Shown here: piece by piece, positions 10,601 to 22,200 of the stretch
Position numbering within the stretch: position 1 is the first letter of the stretch
Layout: each line of letters begins with the position of its first letter
From: Amoebophrya sp. A120
Taxonomy: Eukaryota > Protista > Dinoflagellata
DNA: 64,000 nt
Assembly: GCA_905178155.1 (NCBI GenBank)
Contig: CAJINV010000004.1
Location: forward strand, 10,461,655 to 10,525,654
Reading direction: 5' to 3'
Translations under genes and position numbers: made by a program
The notes under the pieces: model-generated
What the model saw: only the letters and a program-made list of their open reading frames with translations
What the model was told of the DNA's origin: nothing
The model's database searches: none

Positions 10601-12121
10601 TTACCCGCTCTTGGATGCTTTCAGATCCTGAATCCGTTGCACCTCCGATTCTCCTGTAAATATCTCGTTCGGTCTAGTAGTGCAATTACCGAGATGCGCA
10701 TCTATGATTGCTTTTACTTTACCCACAGCGATTTCTAGCTCTTCAGGCGTGGAAAGATCGATGAAAAATCTGAGCTGCCGTTTCTGGTTCCAGATTGCTT
10801 CTGGCTTTGACAACACCGCATCGGGTCTGTATATTGGAAGAGTAGTACGACCATATGCTGGGTGTTCTGCATGTGTAAAACAATGTAGGAATTCCGATCT
10901 AGGTAGTACCCACATCCCTCGCAGCTCCGCCTCATCGCTTTCGGCCGCCGCAGGCGATCTCTCGCTCGATAAGCGCGTTCGCGAGCGAGTTTGCAGAGGG
11001 TACAGCGCAACGACGAAGTGGGGCGAGGTTTCGGGATCAAAACGATACGGTGTGCACACCCCACCGAGATCGTGAGACAGCTCAACTCGGTTATTCGCCG
11101 GTCTTCTGCTCCATTTGATCATTCGATGAGAAAGTCTGACGTGCCCGTCGAGAACAGCGTCAGTTGCATCACCAAAACGGTTGCAGCACTGTAGATGAAA
11201 ACCGCACTTTTCGTACACCAAATCGTGAACCTTTTTTATGAACTGACTCCGCAGACGCTTGCGGTGGTCTCGGTACACGTCCGGCATCCAGTCGGTCACA
11301 GATCGGGCAGCGTCAGCGTGTTCCTTCCAAAGAGCCACAAGAACGCTCGACAGATACCCGGCCTCGCTGATGTTTTCCATGCAGGTGACGCGGACATTTT
11401 CCCATCGGATTTGTCGCTGAACAACGACCGTCGGCCCCCGCACCTGAAGAAGCTCGTCGCGCAAGCCGATGAGAAGGTGCCCCACACGCGCGCTCACATC
11501 CGATGTTGCCGGACCGCGCCCTATTTTGAACTTGTACTCTGCAGTCTGCTCTTTCGGCTTGACAGGAATACGCAGCTTCCTCGGCGCACAGGAGAACGAG
11601 AGACGAAGAGGCAACCAAACTGCTCCGCTAGAGGTGTCAGTTTTCAGCCGGAAAAAAACGCTCACACAGCAGAGAGCGGGTGCTGCGACGAACTCAAATT
11701 CTGGACAAAGGTGAGCAACGCGATCGCGGAACCATCTCACACCGTCCTCCTGGCGAAACCGATTACGAACTGCGGCGGCAGCATCGCAGACGCTCCTATC
11801 AGGTACTGGCTCCGTCGACACGCGACGCCATCGCCCATAATTCGTGTAACCACAAAAATCGTTCAAACCACGGTACTCATCTGCGTATATCACCCATGGC
11901 TTCGTCGGTACGTTTTTCGGCCGGAGAGATCGGTTAAAATGCTGGTATTCGTCACGATTCTGCAGGTTGTGACTCCGGACCAGAGAACGCGCTTCTTCGA
12001 ACGGTAGCCATCTCCCCGGGAAGCGCTTTAGTGATCCCTGCGCACGGACCATCTTCAGCGGCAATACATGCAGAGCATTCTGACGCCTCACAAAAACATC
12101 GTGCCATCTACTATGGTACAA
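10601..12121 (-). CDS. Hypothetical protein with an N-terminal integrase-repeat-like (INT_rpt) unit
   Basis: 506-aa ORF; WLPFEEARSLVRSHNLQNRDEY..RPKNVPTKPWVIYADEYRGLNDFCG resembles the phage-integrase repeat unit; start uncertain. Confidence 0.55.
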   Translation of the reverse strand: MYHSRWHDVFVRRQNALHVLPLKMVRAQGSLKRFPGRWLPFEEARSLVRSHNLQNRDEYQHFNRSLRPKNVPTKPWVIYADEYRGLNDFCGYTNYGRWRRVSTEPVPDRSVCDAAAAVRNRFRQEDGVRWFRDRVAHLCPEFEFVAAPALCCVSVFFRLKTDTSSGAVWLPLRLSFSCAPRKLRIPVKPKEQTAEYKFKIGRGPATSDVSARVGHLLIGLRDELLQVRGPTVVVQRQIRWENVRVTCMENISEAGYLSSVLVALWKEHADAARSVTDWMPDVYRDHRKRLRSQFIKKVHDLVYEKCGFHLQCCNRFGDATDAVLDGHVRLSHRMIKWSRRPANNRVELSHDLGGVCTPYRFDPETSPHFVVALYPLQTRSRTRLSSERSPAAAESDEAELRGMWVLPRSEFLHCFTHAEHPAYGRTTLPIYRPDAVLSKPEAIWNQKRQLRFFIDLSTPEELEIAVGKVKAIIDAHLGNCTTRPNEIFTGESEVQRIQDLKASKSG

Positions 12122-12414
12122 CCCAGGTATTTCTTGGAACTACGGAAAAGAGCTATATATCCCGTGCGCTGGATATGTGCTTTGACTCTTCCCTCTCAAT
12201 GAATATATTCACTCGAAGACATTCTGCTCTTTCCCCGTCGCGCTCGCTCGTTCTAGTTCTCCCACTGCTTCACTTGGACCAGGAACAACACATACAGACA
12301 GCGTAGGTCTACACTCTTTTCTTGACAATTGAAAAGAAATCACGCGCACCAAAGCTGCACGGCTTCCAAGCGGCAGGGACAACTGGTCAGCGACGAAGAT
12401 GCATCACGGATATT

Positions 12415-14895
12415 TCACCTTTGATACCTCGCAATCACGAAATCTGCTTCATCTCTTCTCAGCACCGTGTAGGGCTTTCTCGTTCCATTTGGGTAGTGCA
12501 CATATTCCCCCGGGGTTAAAAACACCCCCTCTCTCTCACTACCGCCATCCACTCCCCGCCCGCCCTTGTTCAACACCTTCTGCTCGATGCTGTCCAGCTC
12601 TTCCAACGGGATGACGAAGTCCATGACTGGAATCCGCAACACGTCGATGATCAGGAAGTTCGCTTTCCGCAACACGTTACACAGCTGCCCAATCGTCGCG
12701 CCGTAGATATCCACCTGATCCACCCCGATCGGGTTGTTCTCGTACGTCCAGTGGAGGATTAAAAGGCCATTAGGCCGAAGCGCTTTGGACCAGACCTCCT
12801 CAAGCAGCCACCTCGGTTCCATGGCGTGGTCAAAAGCGTTGCTGTAGATGAAGTCGGCGAGGGACGACGAATCCGCTGCTCTGGAAGAAAGTGCGGGTGG
12901 TGAAGTAGAAGATGTTTTTGCAGCACCGGCATCAGGTGGAGGTCGTGCTCTTTGTGCTGCATTACCGTTCGGTTGTACTATCCAGTCGTACAGCGGTAAT
13001 ATTGGCCGTGCTCCCCGCCCGTCCCCTCGGTCGAATTTCCGCCACCGATTTCGCATCGCCGGCCTCAGGTCCGTCGCGAAGTCCTGGAAGCCCCAGACGA
13101 GCCAGGAGGGGGCGAGGAAGTCCGTGCCGATGATGTCCACGAAGTTGGTGTGAAGAAAGAAGTTTTTGACCGAGGCTGTCCACGTCGTCGGCTTGCCTGT
13201 TGGGGACTTCTTCTCTGCCGTCTCACTGGTAGCTGGAGGTGCTTGCGGCGGCAATTCTCGTTCTGTATTAGACGGTCGGGCTGAGGCTTCAGTAGAGGAA
13301 AAGATGGCGGAATACAGCGAGCCGAACAGGCCGGAATCTTCGTTGTTGTCTGCAGCAGCTTCAGCTGCCGGGGCAGCTGATGTAGAAGAAGCAGGCGCAG
13401 GAACTGCAGGTGTTCTTGATGTCGGAGATGTACTAGGCTCTACAATTTCCTCTTCCACGACGAAAACTTCTTCCTGTAGTTCTTCGTCCTGCTCTACCTT
13501 TATCCCCGCTTTCCTCAGAAGGCTCTCCAGCAAAAACGAGCGCAGCATCTCCACCTCGTAGCCCTTCTTAGCCCCTTGGCAAACCCCACGAATCATCGGC
13601 TGTGTTTGGTACATGGTGCTGTTGTTTGCCTGTGAAGATGCTGGTTGTAACACGACCCCAGCAAACTTCTTCGCCTGCGCCACCACGGCCGTCCGTAGCG
13701 CGTCGAAAATCGGCGACGAAGAACTTTCTCCGCCGAACACTCGCGTGACTAGAACCTCGGCCAAAACGGCTAGATGAACCGGATTCACCCACTCCATGGT
13801 GGATAGCTTGTTGGATCTACTCAACTGCGTCTTCGTGTTCTTTGCGGCAGCGACTATCTTCGCGATTTCGGCCACATCCGCCGTTTTCACCGCAGTTGTG
13901 TGGGGCACCGCACTCGCGGCTGCCACGGCCGCTTTCTTCGCGACCTCTATTGCTTTGGAATAGCTTTTGCCCGTCCGGTTGCTCTTCAAATTACGCACTG
14001 GAAGCGGAACGCGGACCCGCTTGCTGTCAACTTTTTCGTCCCAGTGAAAGTGGAAGCCAAGGGAGGTGAGCATCGTGTCTTTGCTGATTACTTCGGAAGA
14101 CGACTCGGCCGAAGTTTTGTCCGCATGTTGGGCGACGCAGGGGAAGATTTCGTCGTGGACCAAATTTCGACGTATCCTGCCACTCACCACACTTGTCTCC
14201 AGGTATTCCGCAGCTAAACTGCACGATTCGGCGAGCTGCATTTCCTTGGTCTCTTCTGCTGATGAAGCACTTCGTTTTTCCGAAGAACCAGCGCGAATTT
14301 TCTCCCGAAACATCGGCCAGCCGGTTTTTATTCTCCACTCCAGCTCTGGCCGCCACGTCTGGTCCCAGGTGGTCAAGTCGACGAAGTGGGCATTGGCGAA
14401 CTCCGCGATTTTTTCGGCGCACTTGTTCGTAGAAAACGAAGAGCGGACCGCGCAGCAGTTCTCGTACTGCGCCCGCACTACCCGTTTTACCTGGTAATCC
14501 CAACACACCGGGTTGCCGTAGGTTTTCTTCATGAAGCCCTTCCCCCGCCCCTTCTTGCTCCTGCGCGCACCGTAGTTGACGAGAGACGCGTATTCATACT
14601 CGATTTCCTTTTCCCGATTGCTGCTGCAGCAGTTTGCATACGTCAGATTCACCTTCGCCAGCCCCTGCGGCCCGGCCCGCAGCTGGTACTTCATCCTGGC
14701 CACCGCGCCATGGCCGTAACTCGCCGCGTGCTGTCCACCCCAGCAGCGGGACGGAGCGCGGGCGGTCGCCGGCGAGGCGCGCCAGTAGCGGCTGTCGGGT
14801 GGGGCTGCAGTAGGAAATGCGGACGAGCTGACGCTCAAGCACATGGCAACGAGTGTGGTAGCAAAAAAAGGGAGAAACCAACCGGCTTGCGTCAT
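12415..14895 (-). CDS. Probable secreted protein with a C-terminal class I methyltransferase-like segment
   Basis: 826-aa ORF; hydrophobic N-terminus; ADFIYSNAFDHAMEPRWLLEEVWSKALRPNGLLILHW resembles SAM-MTase motifs IV-VI; 3' end may be spliced. Confidence 0.6.
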   Translation of the reverse strand: MTQAGWFLPFFATTLVAMCLSVSSSAFPTAAPPDSRYWRASPATARAPSRCWGGQHAASYGHGAVARMKYQLRAGPQGLAKVNLTYANCCSSNREKEIEYEYASLVNYGARRSKKGRGKGFMKKTYGNPVCWDYQVKRVVRAQYENCCAVRSSFSTNKCAEKIAEFANAHFVDLTTWDQTWRPELEWRIKTGWPMFREKIRAGSSEKRSASSAEETKEMQLAESCSLAAEYLETSVVSGRIRRNLVHDEIFPCVAQHADKTSAESSSEVISKDTMLTSLGFHFHWDEKVDSKRVRVPLPVRNLKSNRTGKSYSKAIEVAKKAAVAAASAVPHTTAVKTADVAEIAKIVAAAKNTKTQLSRSNKLSTMEWVNPVHLAVLAEVLVTRVFGGESSSSPIFDALRTAVVAQAKKFAGVVLQPASSQANNSTMYQTQPMIRGVCQGAKKGYEVEMLRSFLLESLLRKAGIKVEQDEELQEEVFVVEEEIVEPSTSPTSRTPAVPAPASSTSAAPAAEAAADNNEDSGLFGSLYSAIFSSTEASARPSNTERELPPQAPPATSETAEKKSPTGKPTTWTASVKNFFLHTNFVDIIGTDFLAPSWLVWGFQDFATDLRPAMRNRWRKFDRGDGRGARPILPLYDWIVQPNGNAAQRARPPPDAGAAKTSSTSPPALSSRAADSSSLADFIYSNAFDHAMEPRWLLEEVWSKALRPNGLLILHWTYENNPIGVDQVDIYGATIGQLCNVLRKANFLIIDVLRIPVMDFVIPLEELDSIEQKVLNKGGRGVDGGSEREGVFLTPGEYVHYPNGTRKPYTVLRRDEADFVIARYQR

Positions 14896-15261
14896 TTTGT
14901 TTTTAGTTTTGTTGCACTACTGCTTGCCAAAAATTATCGCTCAGGTGCTTAACGCTTGCCGTAGCTATTCCCTCCTGCAACGATCAAAAAAAGCGCACGT
15001 GGGATCTTGATGACTTTCGGAAAGCAATGACCAGCGCACTCGGAATTTCAACCGGAAGTCACTCGACAGAGGCCTCTGCGAGAAAAACACTTCCTGTGCA
15101 GCCATCGGTAATTCGACATCGGCATGCGGATCTGCTTCTGATTTATTTGCGTGCGTTTGATTGTTGTATTTATTTCTATGCAACTCACTAATCAATCATG
15201 TGCGCCATGTTTTTCCGTACTTGAAAAAACTCGACGTGTCAGCCCTGTCCAAGAACTACCC

Positions 15262-18200
15262 TCACACCAGCTCCGATCCGCCACTCCCACGGCCCTTGTC
15301 CGCGCCGATGCGCTGCAGGTACCGCAACGCGAGTTTGTTTTTCGCAGATACTGCCTGTTTCGTGACTTGCTTCGAACTGTCGAACCCCGAGAGTCCGCTC
15401 GTTGGCTTCCGCACGAGGAAACCGCTATCTGTCGTGCCAGCTCCGAACTTTCGCACCACCCGGGCCGCGGTCCGGATGATGCTCCGTGATCGGGATTTCT
15501 GCCGCCCGGCTCCAGACGCTGTTGTCGGCGGCCGAAGAAAACTGCCCCGGTTCGAGCCGTGGCTTTGCTGCGACAGTTTCGGCGTTGACGCAGCGACGGC
15601 AGGGGAAAAACGACCGTTGACAGTACTGGTCTCCTTCATACTTCTCGCCGCAAATGGCGAGCTTTCCCTTCCCGATTGGAGATCGCTTCTCCGCCCGACG
15701 CTGACGTTACAAATCGGTGGCTTGTTCAGCGCTGAAAGTCCGGTTGGCGGGCGGGGAGGCAATCCTCGCGACGAGGCTGAACCAGTTTGTCCTGAACTTC
15801 TCTTGTCCACTACACTGGTCGATTTCGTGGCTTCCTCGAAACTCGCTTTCTGTGCTTTCACCGATGTTGGCGAAGATGGATTCATCTTCGCTGGCTGTTG
15901 AGTCACACCAGTATTTTTAGAAGGCCCGCAGTCTTCTCGACAGCTTTCGTAGGGGATATCGTCGCGATCGTGATGTTCCGCATAATTGCAATCTTCCTCC
16001 TCCCCGTCGAGGACCTTGTTCTTTCTCAACGCGTTCCGCATTTTCGTATACAGCTGGCTCAGCCGCCCTCCGCGCGATCCGGTACTTGTAACGCTCGATT
16101 GGCTCTGCTGCGAAGACCGACTGGAACGATTCGAGGAGGAACTTGACACATTTTGTCCATTTCCACCGTCGCCAACTACAGAACCTCCACCAGCATCATT
16201 CTCTCGCACCGACGCCCGACTCGACCGTTCGCTCACCCGCTTCTTATCCGCACTGTTTCTCAACGGTCCGGTCGCGAGCATATCGTCCATGGATGGTAGC
16301 TGAAGCAGCTCCCTCGACCGCCGTTGCTGCGGGGTCGGGCTAGAACAGGAATCGTGGAAGACGGTTTGCAGCCACGTTTTTCCGTCCTTCGCCATGGAGG
16401 GCGCGAGGGCCTGCTGCTGCAACTGGTTTTGCTTTGCTGTCGCTGCTGATGTCGACATCGTCGCCTTACAGCCGCGTGCCACCACTACGTCATCTGTTCC
16501 CGCCGCCTTCGCGTCCGGCTGTTTTCTGTTCCTCAGATACGCGATGTTGTCGTAGTATCAAATGCAACAATGTCTGGGTCTGGAAACTTGTGACGCTGGG
16601 TGGCGTCTCATGATGAAGCTACAAATGCTGGCTCAGCGTGACAAGTTTCTGAGCTCCTAGGTGTTGCCTATTCTGCATGACAAACTGCGCTTCTGCATCA
16701 CAGAAAAACGGAGCTCTTGGGTAACGTGCATGACAGATTTAAGAGTCATGCCAGACAAGCATGACAAACATGAATTCTTCCAGACCTAGACATTTTTACA
16801 TTTGATACATAGCACTCTTCCATCCCGCGCGGGCGGGTGGAAATCCGCGCGAGTAATTCGTTTTTGAACACCATCTGCTTCTTCTTCAAATTGTACCTGT
16901 CGGACTTCGGGTTCTCCGAGAGTTCCTTCTCCCACACCGTCACCGTCCCGGCGTTCAGCGCAGGCGAGTGGCTGTACTTTTCCCGCTATCAACTGTAAAA
17001 GTGTCTGGGTCTGGAAGAATACGCGATTTGTCATGCATACCCGACTGCGCCTCATCAAAAACCTTTGCACCGTCGCCGCAAGCAGCTTCGGACGCAGGAG
17101 ATCTAGGGTCATGCAGCTTTTCCTTGGCCCATGAGGTCTGGAATGCAGGACCTAGCATGACAGATTCTCTGCGATCTCTCTCATGCCTATCCTGCATGAG
17201 AAACTTCCTCCCAACTTGGTCAAAACTGGGCGACTTTTGGTAATCATGCAACACAGATTTTTGCATGCTTCAGATTTGGCATGACAGGTTGCATTCTTCC
17301 CGACCCAGACATTTTTGCATTTGATACCCGCAGTTCCGTCGCGTTTCCATACCAGAAATCCCAGCGGAGGGCGCGGGAGACCTGCTGAGAAATGACCTGT
17401 TCTTTCACGACCACGGCGGATTGGAGGGGTTGCAGATGCCAAATGCCGCTGCACGTGTCGCAGTTGTAGAAAAAGTAGCCCTTGGAGCAGGTCGATGCAG
17501 AATCTTGCGGATCTTCGTCCGGAGGAGAATCTTCCGGGGAAGCTCGTGGGTCGTATTTATTTGGTGTGAGGTCTAGATTGGCGCTTGAGCTGCCACTAGC
17601 TTCCGCTCTTGGAGATCCTCCGGAAGAATCTTTTTCTCCTGGCCCAGCAGCTGCTACAGGACCCTGCGCGCGACCTTCATGATCCTTGACAGGCGACCGC
17701 GAAGATAGTACCTCCAGCGGTTCAACTGGACTTTTTATCTGCTTGATCGCACTGCTACCCGTAGTTTCAGCTGGTGCAAAAACCCAATCGTAGTCTGGTG
17801 GTATTTCGAAACACCAGTAGATTGGCAACCGCTTTTCCCGCTCCTCTCGCAACAGCGCACAGGCCCCGGAATACATGACGGCACGCAGACCAAAGGTGCG
17901 CGGGGCGGCGGATTCCTCTTGCAACTTTGTGCCTTTGATCAACGACTGCCCCTGGTATTTTGAAACGAACGTGTAGATGGTGATCTTGGCTTGTGGAGGG
18001 CCATCTTTTGCAGCTGGAATCTGCAGGCCCCCCTCTCCTCCAGTGCCCCCAGCGAGCTCGACGTGAAGATTTTCCTCCGGCGCTGTCGTCACTGCTAGGT
18101 CGTGCTGAGCTTCGTCACTCTCCGGATTCCCCGCTCCTACTGCAGGAGCACTTGATTCCCTTCCAAGATGAACAGCCGCATCGTCCCTGCAGCTCTCCCT

Positions 18201-18749
18201 CTTTGTCGGTTCGCTTTTGTCAAAGTCGAGATTCTGCACAAGCGTCTCCCGACCAAAAACGTACCGGTCGGTGTCCAGAGAAAGCGTCGGCGACCTTAGA
18301 CGGCTGTTCTTCCGCTGGCCCTCCTGAAGATCACCACAACTTTTTCCCTGCTCGTCCCGCAAGCTGGCAATTAGCCATTCCCCGAGCACCACGAGCAACC
18401 GCTCTTCCACTATCGCCAAGAAGTTTCGGTGCGCCGAGTAGAAATCCGCTTGCGTTTCGCAGAAGTGCCGGGATCGGAGAGAAAGCAACTGTGCGAAGGA
18501 CAACCACTTTACGTCCCCCTGGGCGTAACTGACGTCCGACGCCGCACTGCAGGCGAGTTCCAGCTCGCCGAGAAGCAACCTCCGATACCAGTGCGCGTGG
18601 AGCACCGTCTGCCCGCCGTTGGGACGTTCGGGAAAGCGGCCGAGGGGGTGGTCCTTATCATGCTTCTTCTCGAGAAGGTGGCTGGCCAAGCACGCGACGC
18701 CTTTCCGCAGGACAACCTCGGGTTGGACATCGTACAGGTGGCACTCCAT
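15262..18749 (-). CDS. Hypothetical protein (~961 aa), 3 exons split by two introners
   Basis: Joins ..ATELR|EKYSH..GMEECY|DNIAY..VVARG are in frame; spliced length 2886 nt = 962 codons. Confidence 0.75.
16556..16807. mobile_element. Introner-like element, TIR family A, interior type 2 (252 bp)
   Basis: Family A TIR; direct repeat cgtag/catag (1 mismatch); interior similar to 59262-59516. Confidence 0.9.
16987..17326. mobile_element. Introner-like element, family A, inverted relative to 1238-1590 (340 bp)
   Basis: Family A TIR; direct repeat cccgc. Confidence 0.92.
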
Positions 18750-19273
18750 GGCTTTATTTTTCCAAAAAACTAGAAAGGACTACACAGAAACTCGCATTTC
18801 ACTTCTCGCTGAAAACAAACTGAAGCTCAAGCTGAACTAATAAATCAACGACTTTGACGCATTCGAAACGACGACATCATCCGCGGTTCTGTCACAAACA
18901 AGCACAGGAGAGCAGGACGATGATGGTAGTACAACGTACTTATTTGCTAGAGACGCCGTGTGCCTTGTGTCGGCCCAAGTTGGACCGGTGCCTCACATAC
19001 GGAAAAATGAGGTGGATCTGTGGTCGACATTGAACATCTGGTCAACGTGAACATGGGAGGTGGTCACTCGTTGCATACGAAGTGCAGAAAACTCACTGCA
19101 GCACCACCTGTTTCAACATCGAAATTTTGGTTACGACATGAAAAACGAACTCATTTCTTGTCAGTACAAAAGTTCATTCCGATTGGTATAGTTTCCAACT
19201 ACAGGAGTCATCTGATGAATTTCGTGCCACCAAGTCGACCTTGGAACAAATTCATCTGCTGTTGACCAAGTTT

Positions 19274-22200
19274 TTATCCGCGAAACTGCGCCATGGGGTC
19301 ATCGGCCCGCACGTTGTCCTTCCGATACATCTCCATCTCATCCTCGTTGACCCCCATGCCGCTCTGGATTCCGGTCTTCGCTCTCAACTTCAGGGCGCCC
19401 TTGTTGACCTCCCCGGGGCGTGCGATGCCGCTGTCGTCCTCCATCGGGTCAATGGGCTTTTTGCTGTCCTTTTTTTGCTTCTTCGCGAGCGGCTTACTGT
19501 TCTTTTTCTCCTTCGCTTTTTTCTCCTTTTGTTTCTTTTCGGTCGCTTGCTTTGTAGGCTTCTTCTTCTTCTTTTTCTTCTCCGATTCCGAATCAGAGGA
19601 GGAAGAACTGCTGCTAGAGGAACTGTCGGAGTCGGAGCCGGAAGAGCTTGACGACGAACCAGACGAACTGCTAGAAGAAACGGACTTTTTTCTCTTTCTT
19701 TTGTTCTTTTTCGTAGTCGCGTTTTCGTCTTTCGCCTTCGGCGCTACAGCTGCTTTAGGTTTCGCGGACCCAAAAAATCCACCGCTTGTGTTCGCACCAG
19801 CAGACGTCGCTATCACATCGGACTGCTCCGGGGCGACGTCAGCGAGACTGACTGGTGCGGGCTGCTCACACAGGATATCATTATTCTCGTCATCGGCGTC
19901 GGCTTTAATATTCTTGTCATCATCGCGACTGCCCGTTGCCGCTGCAGATGCCGGTGGTGCTGCAGCTGCTTTCGCAACGGCTGCCCCGGATTTTTCCCGG
20001 GAATCGTTCCGGAACTTGGCCACGTTTTCTTCTTCCTCGGGTAGCGGAGGAAGCAATGTCGTGACGTTCTCCTGGGCGGGCGGGGGTGCTACCGTAGTTT
20101 TCGGGGAGGTTATTTTCGGGGAGGCTATTTTCGGGGAAAAAGGGGCTTTCGTACTAGTATTGACATGAGCTGCAGTGTCGCCGTTGGTGGAAGAAGAACC
20201 ACCCCCGGACGACATATTTGCTGATGGCCCCTCCGGTTGAAGTGCGGGTGCTGGAGCAACGGTCGCTTTCGGGCTGCCCACCGGTGCCGCCGCGGGCCCC
20301 TCGATGGCAATGAATTTTTCAATTTTCTCTTTATTCTCTGCGCAAATTCCCAGCTGGGGCACGCACTCCGACTCGCGCACGGTGGACTTGCAGCATTTGA
20401 ATCCCCACTTCTGCGTGGCCACGTCGAACCAGCTGCCCCACACGGTCGTGTGGTTCTTCTCCAGTACGTCCTCCTCGTACTGCGACTTGGCCAGCGTCCG
20501 CCGTCGCTCGTGCAACACCCGCCCCGACCGGCTGTACTCCTGGTAATCCGACGTTTGCGCGAAGATCAACGCCGGGTTCACGTTTAAGTGTTCCGCGCCA
20601 CCGTACTTGTCCAGCAACTCGTTCTTCTTCGCCGCCTTCTGCTCGTCCTTCCGCCTCTTGAACTCGTCAAACATCCGGGCCGCCTGCGTCGGCGCCGCGG
20701 TTTCGTGGAGCTCGGTTTGCCCGTGTTTGTACGCGTCCCACACAAACATCTGCCGGTCGCGCACATCGGTCGAGTCACCGGTCGACCGCACGAAGTTGTC
20801 GCCTTTGTACGCGTGCTGCTCGTCCTCCGGCAGATCCGCGCGGGGGTTCATACGCATGGAACGCGTTTTCGGATCGTAGTACGCGGAGTTCACGTCTAGG
20901 TTAATCAGATACTTCGCCGTGTCCTCGCGAATCCGGAGATTCCTCGTCGTGGTCCGTTGCGCCGCATCCATCCGCTTCAGGTCCCCGTTGTTCTCGAACC
21001 CGCGGAGCTTGTCGCCCGCATCTTCGGAGTCGTCCGAATCGTAGTCGGAGTCAGAATCGCTGTCCTTGTTTCCTCCTGCTTCGCCGGATTGCTTCTTGAT
21101 CGCGCGTTCCTCCTTCTGCTTCTTCCGGAGCTTCTTCAGCGCGAGCTGCTGCTTCTGCTCCTGTTCCCGCTTTCTCTGCTTCACCTCCTCGCGCAACGCG
21201 TGCTTCTCGATCACGTCTCGGGTATAGTCGTCCGCCTGGTAGCCGTTCCACCGGTCGCGCTTCATGTCGTAATCAAAGTTGCCCCTGTAGTTTTGTCGGA
21301 TTTTATTTCACGTGCCATTGCTCGTACTTGATCAGAATTTGTGGTGCACATATTAGACGTGCAATGAATTTTTTCCTTCTAGACGAGGACAAGAAGAGTG
21401 GTCAGCAGTTCAGTTCTTTCAATTTCGACTTCTTGATACTATCAGAGTGAGCTTATCAGAGGACCGCGGCCCAAGGGCCGCGGTCCAACACTGCAGCCCG
21501 CGTCGGGCCGCGCTCTCATCCTCTAACCAGGAAGCAAGGGCGCGCAAAAGACTGCGTTTTTTGGCAAGCAGCACTCCGCCGCGCATACTGTTATGCACGA
21601 GGGCATGCTGGCCAGTAAAAATACGCAAATTTCAAAAAGTTCCACAATTTTTGTCATTTTCGGCGGCCCTTTAGGGCCGCCCAAATCGGCCATTTCCAGT
21701 CGGGGGAAGGGGTTCCGCTTTGAACCTCCGAGTGGACGAGAATCGTGCTCGTGTGACACACCTCCGCAGAATCTACATACGATTTTTTTCCTTCAATCAC
21801 GACGGCATTAAGCCTGTGACAAATTTAAAAGCCGTCTTTTACCGGCCATTTCAGATCGGGTGTTGCATTTTTCCAAAAAAAACTGTTTTTTGGATGTCTA
21901 TCGGCTTTTGGGCAATGCACGAAGTCGGTCGATTTTTTGGGCCCATTATATTCTGCAAAAAAGTGCGTTTTTCATTGTTCTTTTTTTTGGATACAGATCG
22001 GCCGCGGAGGTCTGCACGTGACGCAATTTCTGCTACCAAACGCACCACAGCATCGGGCGCAGTCCAATCATCGAGCTTCTTTCTTCGGAATCAGATCGGG
22101 CGGAGCCGGAAAAGTCCTTTTTTTACCCTTCTCCCCGATCTGACTGCGCATTTTTTTCTACTTTTTCAAAAAATGAGCCAACTTCTCCAAAATCCACTTT

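Noticed and set aside
19293-20168. Long plus-strand ORFs (also 900-1895, 11195-12007, 15161-15901, 38962-39561, 59731-60360)
   Set aside because: They are antisense shadows of GC-rich minus-strand coding exons or run through introners
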